In this document: positions 43,085 to 52,550 of the stretch, piece by piece | Layout: every line of letters starts with the position of its first letter | How positions within the stretch are numbered: the stretch's first letter is position 1 | From: Alphaproteobacteria bacterium | GTDB lineage: Bacteria > Pseudomonadota > Alphaproteobacteria > UBA2966 > CAIVPW01 | Reading direction: 5' to 3' | DNA: 64,000 nucleotides | Assembly (NCBI GenBank): GCA_947481575.1 | Contig: CANKGV010000015.1 | Coordinates: 15-64,014, forward strand | Notes under the pieces: generated by a model | The model's database searches: none | Told to the model about the DNA's origin: nothing | Seen by the model: only the letters and a program-made list of their open reading frames with translations | Position numbers and translations under genes: made by a program

Positions 43085-43984
43085 CTAGCCCGCTGCGCGC
43101 TTGCGGGCGGGGGCCTTTTTCACCGCCGCAGCGGGCTTCGCCGCCGCCGGCTTTGCCACGGTCGCCGCGGCTGGTGCGCGGGTCTTGCTCTTGGCGGGCG
43201 GCTTGCTGGCCGCGCCTTCCTCGAGGCTGCGCTTCAGCGCGTCCATCAAGTTGATGACCTTGCCGCGCTCCGGCGCCCGGGCCAGTACCGGTTGTTCGCC
43301 GCGAATCTTCGACTGCACTACATCCAGGAGTGCTTCCTGGTACCGATCAATAAACTTGGACGCGTCGAACGGCGCCTCGAACTGGTCGATGATCTGTTCC
43401 GCCAGTTTCAGCGTCTTGGCGTCGGGCTTCTTGATCACGATGTCTTCGAACGCGTCTTCCGCGCGCCGCACCTCGTTCGCGTTGCGCAGGGTGGTCATCA
43501 CGAACCCCTTGTCGCGCACCTGGATTACGACTTGCCGCTCGCGCTGGGACAGCACCACCCGGCCGGTCGCGGCTTTCTTGCGGTCGTTCATCGCCGCCAG
43601 GATCACCCCAAAGGTTTCTTGGGCCACCGGTCCGTCCGGCGCCATGAAGTAGGGGGAGTCCAGGTACAGATCGTCTAGCTCCGCCACATTGACGAACTGT
43701 TCGATGTTAATGGTCTTGGACGATTCGATCTCGAGCTTATCTAACTCCTCGTCGTTGACCACCACGTAGCGGTCCTTCTCGAACTCGTAGCCCTTCACCA
43801 GATCGGCGCGCGAAACCTCGCCCAACTCCGGGTCATAGGGCTTCATCTGGACACGGTTCTTGGTGTCCTTGTGCAGCATGTTGAACGCGATTCTGTTGCT
43901 GGTGGTGGTGGCCGTGAACAACTTCACCGGGCACGCTACCAACGATAGCTTCAAGTAGCCCTTCCAACTCGCGCGGACGGCCAT
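43085..43984 (-). CDS. ku: Non-homologous end joining protein Ku, with a Lys/Ala/Pro-rich C-terminal tail
   Basis: WKGYLKLSLVACPVKLF…, a Ku core of ~255 aa, and a tail KPPAKSKTRAPAAATVAKPAAAKPAAAVKKAPARKRAAG. Confidence 0.9.
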   Translation of the reverse strand: MAVRASWKGYLKLSLVACPVKLFTATTTSNRIAFNMLHKDTKNRVQMKPYDPELGEVSRADLVKGYEFEKDRYVVVNDEELDKLEIESSKTINIEQFVNVAELDDLYLDSPYFMAPDGPVAQETFGVILAAMNDRKKAATGRVVLSQRERQVVIQVRDKGFVMTTLRNANEVRRAEDAFEDIVIKKPDAKTLKLAEQIIDQFEAPFDASKFIDRYQEALLDVVQSKIRGEQPVLARAPERGKVINLMDALKRSLEEGAASKPPAKSKTRAPAAATVAKPAAAKPAAAVKKAPARKRAAG

Positions 43985-44058
43985 GCGTTCACCTCTGCTG
44001 CGTGAGATTCATGCGCTGATTCTACTCCACCGGGAATCCGCTTGTGAATCCCTAGCTC

Positions 44059-46617
44059 TTAGCCGGGTGCCCGCTTGCCCAAGAGTTTGACCAATGGCAG
44101 CCGTACCGCCGCCCCGTCGATCCCCGCCCAGGGGTCGTCTTCGAGAGCATCGAGGCGCGCCGGCACTGAACGCCAGTCGAACGCCCGCGGATCGTCCAAC
44201 GCCGCCAGTTCCTCCCAGGTCAGCGGCGTTGCTACCGGCGCGCCGGGGCGCGACCGCAGCGAGTACGACCCCACCGCGGTGGCGCTGCGCCCGTTGCGCA
44301 GATAGTCGATGAAGATCTTGCCCCCGCGCGCAGCCTTGGAAAGGGACGCAGTGAACCGCCGCGGCTGACGCTCCGCCAGCGCCACAACAATGGCCTGCGA
44401 GAAGTCCTTGAATTCCGCCCACGTGGCATGCCGTTCCACCGGCGTCACGATGTGGATGCCCTTGCCGCCGGTGGTGCGCGGGTAGGCCGCCAACCCCAGC
44501 GTGTCGAGGAATGCCCGCACTGCCTCGGCGGCATCCGTCACCATCCGCCAATCCAGGCCCGGGTCCGGGTCCAGGTCCAGCACCATCCGGTCCGGGCGCT
44601 CGGGTTTGTCGATGTGGCAGCCCCAAGGATGGAATTCCACCACACCGAATTGGGCCAGGGCCAGCAACCCTTTGGCATCCGAAAGGTAGAGAAAATCCGC
44701 CTTCTCCTTTTTGCCCTCCTCGGGCAGGGGAATGGTGCGGATGTCCTTCGGCATGCCGGTCATGGCATGGCGCTGGTAGAAGCAATCCTGCGGCTTGCCG
44801 GTCGGGCACCGAATCACCGTGAGCGGCCGCTCGGCTAGGCCCGGCAGCAACCAGTCGCTGACCTTCGCGTAGTAGACGGCGATGTCGAGCTTCGTCGGCC
44901 CGCCGTCGCCGAACATTCTCCGGTCCGGGTTGGTAATCCACACCGAGGCCAGGTCCGCATCGCTGACCACCCGCGGCGGCCGCGATCCCGCGATAACGGG
45001 GCGCGGCGCGGCGACATCCGCGGCCGGGCGCAAACTCTTGAACCGCGGCGCACGCAGGTGCCCTTTCGGTGTGCGATTGGCGAACGTGACTGTCACGAAC
45101 AGCTTGGGCTCCACCCAGCGGACCTTCTTCGGGATATCCTTGCCCCTAAGCGTGAATACCGGCTCCTTACGCACAAGCGGCTGCAACCGCTTGAACAAAT
45201 CAGCGGCGACTTTGCCGTTGAAACCGGTCCCGACCTTGCCAGCGTAGGTAAGTCCGTCGGCACTCGATTGCGCCACCAATAGCGCGCCGAATGGCCCTGA
45301 GTCGGGGGATTCGGTGTAGCCAACCACGGCGAACTCATGGTCGGCGGTGTCCTTCACCTTGACCCATGACCGGGAACGCTGTGGCTCGTATGGTGCATAT
45401 GCGCGCTTGGAGACGATTCCTTCCAAGCCGAGCTTGAGCGCCTGATCCAGGAACGCCGCACCATCGCCGACTACATGTTCGCTGTAGTGGATGAAGGAGT
45501 CGTCGGCAGCCACCGACTGCACCAGTGACGCCAACACGCGTTTGCGGTCGACCAGCCGCACCTGCGTTAGGTCGTAGCCATTGAGATGGATCAGGTCGAA
45601 CACCCAATAGACGAGTTGGGCGGTTTCACCGTTGGCGAGTGCGTCTTGAAGGGCCGAGAAGCTCGTCTTGCCGTCGGCACCTTGGACACAGACTTCGCCG
45701 TCCAAAATTGCCGTCTGGCAGGGCAGGGTGGCCAACGCGTCTGCCACCGGCCGGTATTTGTCGGTCCAGTCGTAGCCATTGCGGGTGATCAGCCGGACCG
45801 CCCCGTGATCGATCCGCGCCATGGTGCGGTAGCCGTCGTACTTGATCTCATGCACCCATCCGGCGCCGGATGGCGGCTTGGTCGCAAGTGTGGCCAGCTC
45901 CGGTGCGGGCACGTCGCCGAGCTCCGCCATGCGGGCACCCGTAAGTGTTGCGGGATCCGGCACCGCAATCTTCCGCGGCCGTTTGCGTCGCGCCTGCTCG
46001 GCCGCGGCACGCTGTTTGCCCATCTCTTCGACCGTGAGGCCGGAAATGACGCTTGCCGGCGCACGCTCAGCAATCGCGTCGCCGCTGCCTGGCTCGGCGT
46101 AGGAGTCGCTCTCCTTGATCAGCAGCCAGTTCTTGTCTTGGCCGCGCATCCGCACGAGCGCGAATCCGCCCTTGAGCTTATGCCCCGCGAGGCGGAATTT
46201 CAGATTGCCGGTGCGTAGGCCCGTCTCCACGTCGCCCATCGGCGCCCAGGTTCCGGTGTCCCAGATGATGACCGTACCGGCACCGTATTGCCCGCCCGGG
46301 ATGGTACCCTCGAAGCTGCCGTACGAGACCGGATGATCCTCCACCGCCACCGCCAGCCGCTTCTCGGCCGGGTCCAGGCTTGGCCCCTTGGTAACCGCCC
46401 AACTGCGCAGGACCCCTCCCATCTCCAGCCGCAGGTCGTAGTGCAGCCGGGTGGCCGCGTGCTTCTGGATCACAAACAGGTCGCCCCCCGTCGACGGCGC
46501 CGATGCCAGTGGCTCGGGGGTAACGGCAAAGTTGCGCTTGCCGACGTATGGCTCCAGGCGCCCCCCTTTAAGGGGGCGGACCTTGGCAGAAGGTGGCTTG
46601 GAGCGCCCGGACGGCAT
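44059..46617 (-). CDS. ligD: Multifunctional NHEJ DNA ligase LigD (phosphoesterase-ligase-polymerase order)
   Basis: ATG at 46617 (MPSGRSKPP…) inside the longer ORF; PE domain (HYDLRLE…), ligase motif I EIKYDGYR, C-terminal primase-polymerase domain. Confidence 0.9.
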   Translation of the reverse strand: MPSGRSKPPSAKVRPLKGGRLEPYVGKRNFAVTPEPLASAPSTGGDLFVIQKHAATRLHYDLRLEMGGVLRSWAVTKGPSLDPAEKRLAVAVEDHPVSYGSFEGTIPGGQYGAGTVIIWDTGTWAPMGDVETGLRTGNLKFRLAGHKLKGGFALVRMRGQDKNWLLIKESDSYAEPGSGDAIAERAPASVISGLTVEEMGKQRAAAEQARRKRPRKIAVPDPATLTGARMAELGDVPAPELATLATKPPSGAGWVHEIKYDGYRTMARIDHGAVRLITRNGYDWTDKYRPVADALATLPCQTAILDGEVCVQGADGKTSFSALQDALANGETAQLVYWVFDLIHLNGYDLTQVRLVDRKRVLASLVQSVAADDSFIHYSEHVVGDGAAFLDQALKLGLEGIVSKRAYAPYEPQRSRSWVKVKDTADHEFAVVGYTESPDSGPFGALLVAQSSADGLTYAGKVGTGFNGKVAADLFKRLQPLVRKEPVFTLRGKDIPKKVRWVEPKLFVTVTFANRTPKGHLRAPRFKSLRPAADVAAPRPVIAGSRPPRVVSDADLASVWITNPDRRMFGDGGPTKLDIAVYYAKVSDWLLPGLAERPLTVIRCPTGKPQDCFYQRHAMTGMPKDIRTIPLPEEGKKEKADFLYLSDAKGLLALAQFGVVEFHPWGCHIDKPERPDRMVLDLDPDPGLDWRMVTDAAEAVRAFLDTLGLAAYPRTTGGKGIHIVTPVERHATWAEFKDFSQAIVVALAERQPRRFTASLSKAARGGKIFIDYLRNGRSATAVGSYSLRSRPGAPVATPLTWEELAALDDPRAFDWRSVPARLDALEDDPWAGIDGAAVRLPLVKLLGKRAPG

Positions 46618-46712
46618 GGGGTGACAATGCCGCGCCGAATTGAGATCGCCAAGCTGGGGACTTCCGGCTTGTTCCGCCCAAGCCCGGCGTCTAGGTTGCC
46701 CCTCACGCTGCA

Positions 46713-47483
46713 ATGACTGGCCTTCCCGCCGACTTCCACCCCAGCCTGTCCGTCGTGATCCCTGTGCACGACGAAGAGGCCAACATTGTGCCATTGCTCG
46801 ACGAAGTCGATGCTGCCTTGGGGACACTGCCGGGGGGCTATGAGGTCGTCGTAGTGGACGACGCAAGCCGGGACACGACCGTCGCAGTGCTGCAGCGCGC
46901 CATCGCAACCCATCCCCATCTGCGTGTGCTCCGTCACGGCCGCAACCACGGCCAAAGCGCCGCCCTACTGACGGGGGTGCGCGGAGCTAGGGCCGAGTGG
47001 GTGGCAACCCTGGATGGCGACGGCCAAAACGATCCTGCCGACATTCAGCGTCTGTGGGCCATGGCGACCGGCACACCCGGGCGATTGCTTATGGTGGCGG
47101 GCCATCGCCGCAAGCGCCGCGACAATTGGTTCCGGCGCGCCTCATCGTGGATCGCCAACGGTGTACGATCGCGGCTGTTGGGCGACAGCACACCGGATAC
47201 CGGCTGCGGCCTCAAGTTGTTCCCGCGCGCACTGTTTCTCGAACTGCCGCACTTTGATCACTACCACCGGTTCCTGCCGGCATTGGTGCAGCAGGCGGGT
47301 GGAACGGTTGTCTCGGTGGAAGTTGGGCACCGGCCGCGCGCCCACGGCCGATCGCACTACGGCATCCACAATCGCCTGTGGGTTGGCTTGGTCGACCTCG
47401 TCGGTGTCCTCTGGCTGAAACGCCGCGCAGCACGCGGGCGGCCTGAAGTAACGGAAGTGTCAGGAGAACCGAATGAACGTTGA
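46713..47483 (+). CDS. Family 2 glycosyltransferase (ArnC/polyprenyl-phosphate sugar synthase-like)
   Basis: LSVVIPVHDEEANI…VVVDDASRD…DGDGQND (DxD) and a C-terminal TM segment. Confidence 0.75.
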   Translation: MTGLPADFHPSLSVVIPVHDEEANIVPLLDEVDAALGTLPGGYEVVVVDDASRDTTVAVLQRAIATHPHLRVLRHGRNHGQSAALLTGVRGARAEWVATLDGDGQNDPADIQRLWAMATGTPGRLLMVAGHRRKRRDNWFRRASSWIANGVRSRLLGDSTPDTGCGLKLFPRALFLELPHFDHYHRFLPALVQQAGGTVVSVEVGHRPRAHGRSHYGIHNRLWVGLVDLVGVLWLKRRAARGRPEVTEVSGEPNER

Positions 47484-47775
47484 TGCTTGGCTGACCTCAC
47501 TGTCCTCGCCGTGGGTGCTGGTTGGGTTCCTCGGCCAGGCGATGTTTTCGCTGCGGTTTGTGGTTCAATGGGTGTCCAGTGAACGGCTTGGCAAAAGCCA
47601 TATCCCAGTGGCCTTCTGGTACTTCAGTCTTGCTGGGGGTGCCATTCTGTTGGCCTACGTGATCCAGCGGCACGATCCGGTCCTGACGATTGGGCAGGGC
47701 ACGGGCTTGTTCATTTACGCGCGCAACCTGCACTTGATCCTACGCGAGCGGCGCAAGGCCGCTTTGCCAGGCTGA
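47473..47775 (+). CDS. Lipid-A-biosynthesis N-terminal (LAB_N) domain small membrane protein
   Basis: ~100 aa, three TM helices; the FLGQAMFSLRFVVQWVSSE pattern is typical of LAB_N proteins that accompany ArnC-like GT2 genes. Confidence 0.55.
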   Translation: MNVDAWLTSLSSPWVLVGFLGQAMFSLRFVVQWVSSERLGKSHIPVAFWYFSLAGGAILLAYVIQRHDPVLTIGQGTGLFIYARNLHLILRERRKAALPG

Positions 47776-47797
47776 GACAAGGACGGGCGCGCATTCG

Positions 47798-49507
47798 ATG
47801 AAGCTAGCTCGCCCAAGCGCCGGTACTGTCGCACTCCTCGTTACGTGGATCGTCCTGACGTGGGTCGCGCTGACTTCCCGCCCGTTGCTGCCCTTGGACG
47901 AAACCCGCTACCTGTCCGTCGCCTGGGACATGTGGACCCACGGCAACGAACTCGTCCCGCACCTCAACGGCCAGATCTACAGCCAGAAGCCGCCACTGCT
48001 GTTCTGGCTCATTCAAGTCGGATGGAGCGTGTTTGGCGTCAGCGAGTTTTGGGGACGGATGGTGGCTCCGCTGTTCGGTCTCGGAGCCCTCTTCGCGGCC
48101 CGCAGCCTCGGGGCCCGTTTGTGGCCGGACGAGCCCGAGCGCGCCGCGCTCCTTCCATGGCTGTTGTTGGGCTCGCTTCTGTGGACGGTGTTCGCCACCG
48201 TCACGATGTTCGACATGGGCAATGTGCTATTTGCGGTGGTCGGCGCAATCGGCATCGTGCTGGCTTGGCAGGGCAGGGCCCTGTTCGGCTGGGCATTGGT
48301 TGCATTCAGCATCGGACTCGGCGTGCTCAACAAAGGGCCGGTGATTCTTGTCTACGTGCTGCCCATGGCGCTGGCCGTGCCGTGGTGGGGGCGCCCCGCG
48401 CTCGGCGCACCTTTGTGGCGCTGGTATATGGGGCTTGCGGCGGGGGTGGCCGGAGGGGCCGCGATCGCGCTGTCCTGGGCACTGCCTGCGGCATCGGCGG
48501 GGGGGCCAGCGTACGCGAACGCCATCCTTTGGGGCCAAACGGCCGGCCGGGTGGCCGAGTCGTTTGCTCACCGCGAGCCATTCTGGTTTTACGTTCCCCT
48601 GGTTCCCGTGTTGTTGTTGCCGTGGGCGGTTTGGCCTGCGGCGTGGCGCGGCATCGCTGCGGCGCTCCGTTCCCAGACCGTCCCCGTGCGGTTCGCGCTG
48701 AGTTGGCTCGTTCCGGGATTCATCGTGCTCTCGGCGTTCAGCGGAAAGCAGCCGCACTACCTGTTGCCACTATTCCCAGCATTCGCGATCTTGGTGGCCA
48801 CCGGGATGCCGCTTGGGCAGATGGCACGCTGGAGTCGTGTGGTACCCGGTGCCGTCACCGTGGCGATTGGTTTGGCGCTCGCCTTCATCAGCATGTGGGT
48901 TCGCTATGGCACCGGAGCGACGACTCTGCGGTTGCCGGAGTACGCGCAAAACATCGGCCCGATGCTAGGCCTAGCAATCGTTGTGATCGGGGTCGTCGCT
49001 GCGGTCGTCCCGCTGAAGGCCAGCGTCGGCACGGTGGCCGTGCTGTCCGTGCACACGGTCCTAGTGGTCCTGGCGCTCCACGTATTCGGCGTGCGCCCAC
49101 TGAACTATGCGCTGAACATTGCGCCGATCGCCTTCCAGGTGCGGGAGTTTCAACGCGAGGGACGGCCCATGGCGGTGCTTGATGAGTACCAGGGGCAATT
49201 CAACTTCCTGGGAAGGATCACGACCCCGCTACCGGTCTACAGTTGGGAGCAGGCTTATGGGTTCCTGCACTCCAATGTGCGTACACTATTGCTGACGTTC
49301 GTGGCCGAGCGCCCACCACGATGGATGGGTGCGCAGTACGTGTATCCATACCGTGGCGGCTATGTCGCTATCTTCAACGACAATGCTTGGGACGTGTATC
49401 GCACCGAAACCCAGCGCGAGCAGCGCCGTGTTAGCGCAGGGCCTACCGCGAACCGTTCCGCATTGGCGCCGGGTGCCAATGCCGTGCCCGTTGCTCCGCC
49501 TCACTGA
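47798..49507 (+). CDS. Family 39/83 glycosyltransferase (ArnT/PMT-like polyprenyl-phosphate-sugar-dependent transferase)
   Basis: Polytopic membrane protein with an N-terminal DE…RY motif (LDETRYLSVAWDM) and QKPPLLFWL; ~569 aa. Confidence 0.75.
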   Translation: MKLARPSAGTVALLVTWIVLTWVALTSRPLLPLDETRYLSVAWDMWTHGNELVPHLNGQIYSQKPPLLFWLIQVGWSVFGVSEFWGRMVAPLFGLGALFAARSLGARLWPDEPERAALLPWLLLGSLLWTVFATVTMFDMGNVLFAVVGAIGIVLAWQGRALFGWALVAFSIGLGVLNKGPVILVYVLPMALAVPWWGRPALGAPLWRWYMGLAAGVAGGAAIALSWALPAASAGGPAYANAILWGQTAGRVAESFAHREPFWFYVPLVPVLLLPWAVWPAAWRGIAAALRSQTVPVRFALSWLVPGFIVLSAFSGKQPHYLLPLFPAFAILVATGMPLGQMARWSRVVPGAVTVAIGLALAFISMWVRYGTGATTLRLPEYAQNIGPMLGLAIVVIGVVAAVVPLKASVGTVAVLSVHTVLVVLALHVFGVRPLNYALNIAPIAFQVREFQREGRPMAVLDEYQGQFNFLGRITTPLPVYSWEQAYGFLHSNVRTLLLTFVAERPPRWMGAQYVYPYRGGYVAIFNDNAWDVYRTETQREQRRVSAGPTANRSALAPGANAVPVAPPH

Positions 49508-49937
49508 GTTCCGAAGGCGTCATCAGCGGTTCAGTGGCCTGAAGAAGGGTAATTGCCTGCTGACGCAGGTCGTCCTCAGCCGAGTGCGCGGCAAGCAGTA
49601 GCCACGAGCGCGCCTCAACCAAGTCCTGGTAGACGCCCACGCCGCGAATATAGATGGAGCCGAATGCCAGTTGGCCGCCGGTATCTCCCTTGTCGGCGGA
49701 GTTGCGGAAATAGATCGCGGCGATCACGGGGTCCCGAGGAACGCCCGACCCGGTGAAATACATGACCCCGAGCATGAACTCAGCGCCCGGGTGGCCTGTC
49801 AGCGCCAAGGTTCGAAACTGGGTAAGCGCTTGCTCGTAACGGCCGGTCTGATAGCTCAGCAGGCCTTCCTGATAATCGGCCACGGCGACCTGCGGGATCG
49901 CCAGAAGAGCGCCAAAGAGCACTGCCAAAGATTTCAT
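49443..49937 (-). CDS. Secreted Sel1-repeat protein
   Basis: Signal peptide MKSLAVLFGALLAIPQVAVA; Sel1-like repeats (…AEFMLGVMYFTGSGVPRD…AAIYFRNSADKGD…AFGSIYIRGVGVYQD…). Confidence 0.6.
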   Translation of the reverse strand: MKSLAVLFGALLAIPQVAVADYQEGLLSYQTGRYEQALTQFRTLALTGHPGAEFMLGVMYFTGSGVPRDPVIAAIYFRNSADKGDTGGQLAFGSIYIRGVGVYQDLVEARSWLLLAAHSAEDDLRQQAITLLQATEPLMTPSELSEAEQRARHWHPAPMRNGSR

Positions 49938-50082
49938 GCGCCGCTGGTGTCGGGTCCCTTGATCGGGCCCCCATCCTCTGCCCAGGGGCACGGCAACATA
50001 ACGCCTGCCCCTGTGCGGAACTATAACGCCGGTGACCGAGCGCCCGCCAGTGTGGGCCTGGATTCGGGGCCTCCAGCCCCGG

Positions 50083-52173
50083 CTACCCGGAACGGATCAA
50101 CGCGGCCGCGGCATCCCGCTCGAACAGGTACAGCAGCGCTCGGAGCGCCTCGCCCCGCTGTGTCGCCAATCCCGGATCGGAATGCAGCACGCGCATGGCA
50201 TCGTCGCGCGCTACGGGAAGCAAGTCCCCGTGTGCGGCCAAGTCGGCGACCCTAAACTCCGGCAAACCACTCTGACGCGCGCCCAGTACCTCGCCTGCGC
50301 CGCGCAGGCGCAAGTCCTCCTCGGCGATGCGGAACCCATCCTCGGTTTGCCGGAGAATCTGCAGTCGGGCCCGGCCAGCCTCAGTCAACGACGGCGCGTA
50401 GAGGAGTACGCACGATGAAGCACCGGCTCCCCGTCCGACACGCCCCCGCAATTGGTGAAGCTGAGCGAGTCCGAAGCGCTCCGCGTGTTCGATCACCATG
50501 ATTGTCGCCTGGGGGACGTCTACACCGACTTCGACCACCGTCGTCGCGACCAGAACCGCGACGTCGCCGGTTGCGAAGCGCTCCAGCGCCGCCTCGCGGT
50601 CAGTAGCCTTCATCTTGCCGTGGACGAGATCAACCCGCGCGCCGAGCAGTTCCCGCAGGGCCGCATAGCGTTCCTCGGCTGCGGCCAAGTCCGTAGTCTC
50701 GGATTCTGACACGAGTGGGCATACCCAATAGGCACGCGCGCCGCCGTCAACAGCGCGCCGTACCGCCGTCACCACTTCATCCAAACGCTCCAGCGGAATG
50801 GCCCTGGTTACAATTGGCTGCCGCCCTGGCGGTTTTTCCTCCAGCCGCGAGGCATCCATGTCCCCATAGACGGTCAAGGTCAGCGTTCGCGGGATGGGAG
50901 TGGCCGACATCACCAAAACATCAGTTCCCTTGTCCTGCCCGTCGGTCAGGGCGAGGCGTTGATAGACGCCGAATCTGTGCTGCTCGTCGACAACCACTAG
51001 GCCTAGATCCCGGAACTCGACGCCCTCCTGTAGGAGCGCGTGGGTGCCGATGACAATGTCGATCTCACCGGCCGCAAGTCGGCGCAACGTCTCTTGGCGC
51101 GGTCTACCACGGTCCCGGCCCGTCAATAGCGACACCCGTACTCCCAATGGGCGGACCAAATCCTCGATTACCCGCAGATGTTGACGCGCCAGAATCTCGG
51201 TTGGAACCATTAGCGCCGCCTGTAGGCCGCACTCGATGGCCGCCAACATCGCCAACAATGCGACGACGGTCTTGCCGCTGCCAACGTCGCCCTGAAGCAA
51301 CCGCAGCATTCGATTCGGGGCCGCCATGTCGTTCAGGATCTCGTTGAGTGCAACCTCCTGCGCCGCGGTCAGGCGGTAGGGCAGGGCGGCGAGCACCGCA
51401 TTCCGAAGCCGACCATCACCGCGAATGCTGCGTCCGGCCCTCCGGCGAGAACGCTCGCGGATCAACAGAAGCGCCAATTGGTTGGCCAAGAGTTCATCGT
51501 AGGCGAGGCGCCGCCGAGCAAGGGTTGTTGGTAGGACATCAACCTCGGACGCCGGCGCGTGGGCCTCGTGCACGGCCATTCGCCACGGCACCCACCCTTC
51601 GCGCGCTACGAGGGGAGCATCGAGCCATTCCGGCAGTTCGGGCGTCCGCTCGAGTGCAACGCGCATCGCCTTCTGGACGATGCTCTGGGCCAGACCAGCC
51701 GTGAGGCGATACACGGGTTCCACCGCAGCGACGATGTGACGGTCCTCCGGCTTGCCCACCTGATCGGGGTGAGTCATTTGCAGTTCGCCGTCGTAGCGCT
51801 GGATGCGCCCGCTCACGATCCTGGTTTCGCCCGCCGGCAGGAGCCGCTTGAGGTGCTCTTCGTGGCCGCGGAAATAGACGAGTGTCAAAGATCCCGTCTC
51901 GTCGTGGGTGCGAATGCGGTACGGCTGACGCGGGTTGCGCGGCACCAGATGCGCGTCGATTTCCACGGTGACCGTGGCCAGGGCGTCGCCCTCCGGCACG
52001 TCCTTCAAGACGGGCGAGAAACGCCGGTCGATGATGCCCGCCGGAAAATGCCAAAGGAGGTCGACGACGTTCGGGCCGCCGATCGCGGACTGCATCAACG
52101 CGGCGAGGCGCGGGCCGATTCCCGGCAGCGACCGCAGCGGGGCAAACAGGGGAAACAGGATCTCTGGTCGCAT
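50083..52173 (-). CDS. recG: ATP-dependent DNA helicase RecG
   Basis: ATG at 52173 (MRPEILFPLF…), wedge domain, helicase motifs (LLQGDVGSGKT, DEQHRFG), ~696 aa. Confidence 0.9.
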   Translation of the reverse strand: MRPEILFPLFAPLRSLPGIGPRLAALMQSAIGGPNVVDLLWHFPAGIIDRRFSPVLKDVPEGDALATVTVEIDAHLVPRNPRQPYRIRTHDETGSLTLVYFRGHEEHLKRLLPAGETRIVSGRIQRYDGELQMTHPDQVGKPEDRHIVAAVEPVYRLTAGLAQSIVQKAMRVALERTPELPEWLDAPLVAREGWVPWRMAVHEAHAPASEVDVLPTTLARRRLAYDELLANQLALLLIRERSRRRAGRSIRGDGRLRNAVLAALPYRLTAAQEVALNEILNDMAAPNRMLRLLQGDVGSGKTVVALLAMLAAIECGLQAALMVPTEILARQHLRVIEDLVRPLGVRVSLLTGRDRGRPRQETLRRLAAGEIDIVIGTHALLQEGVEFRDLGLVVVDEQHRFGVYQRLALTDGQDKGTDVLVMSATPIPRTLTLTVYGDMDASRLEEKPPGRQPIVTRAIPLERLDEVVTAVRRAVDGGARAYWVCPLVSESETTDLAAAEERYAALRELLGARVDLVHGKMKATDREAALERFATGDVAVLVATTVVEVGVDVPQATIMVIEHAERFGLAQLHQLRGRVGRGAGASSCVLLYAPSLTEAGRARLQILRQTEDGFRIAEEDLRLRGAGEVLGARQSGLPEFRVADLAAHGDLLPVARDDAMRVLHSDPGLATQRGEALRALLYLFERDAAAALIRSG

Positions 52174-52265
52174 GGAACGCTGGGTGACCCTATCCGTGGA
52201 TCCGCATCGCGTCGAATCCGGGCTCTGCCCGTGACAGACGGAACGCGACCCCCTATATCGTCTCG

Positions 52266-52550
52266 ATGGAACATCGGCCCGCGAAGCCCATCGAGGAGCA
52301 TCGCAAACGGTTACGATTCCGCAGTTGGCACCGCGGCACGAAGGAAATCGATCTGTTGCTGGGGAACTTTGCGGATGCTTGGCTCGATCGCCTGACCATC
52401 GAGCAGCTTCGCAGATATGAAGCCTTGTTGGAGGCATCCGATGCCGACCTGTTTGAGTGGGTAGTAGGCGGAGCCGCCGCACCGCAAGCCCATGACCACG
52501 ACGTGCTTCGCCTGCTTCGCACCGTTCAGCTACGCACCGTAAGAAATTGA
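52266..52550 (+). CDS. sdhE: Succinate dehydrogenase flavinylation/assembly factor SdhE (SDHAF2 family)
   Basis: RKRLRFRSWHRGTKEIDLLLGNFAD…EALLEASDADLFEWV; conserved recG/sdhE-mfd arrangement. Confidence 0.8.
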   Translation: MEHRPAKPIEEHRKRLRFRSWHRGTKEIDLLLGNFADAWLDRLTIEQLRRYEALLEASDADLFEWVVGGAAAPQAHDHDVLRLLRTVQLRTVRN

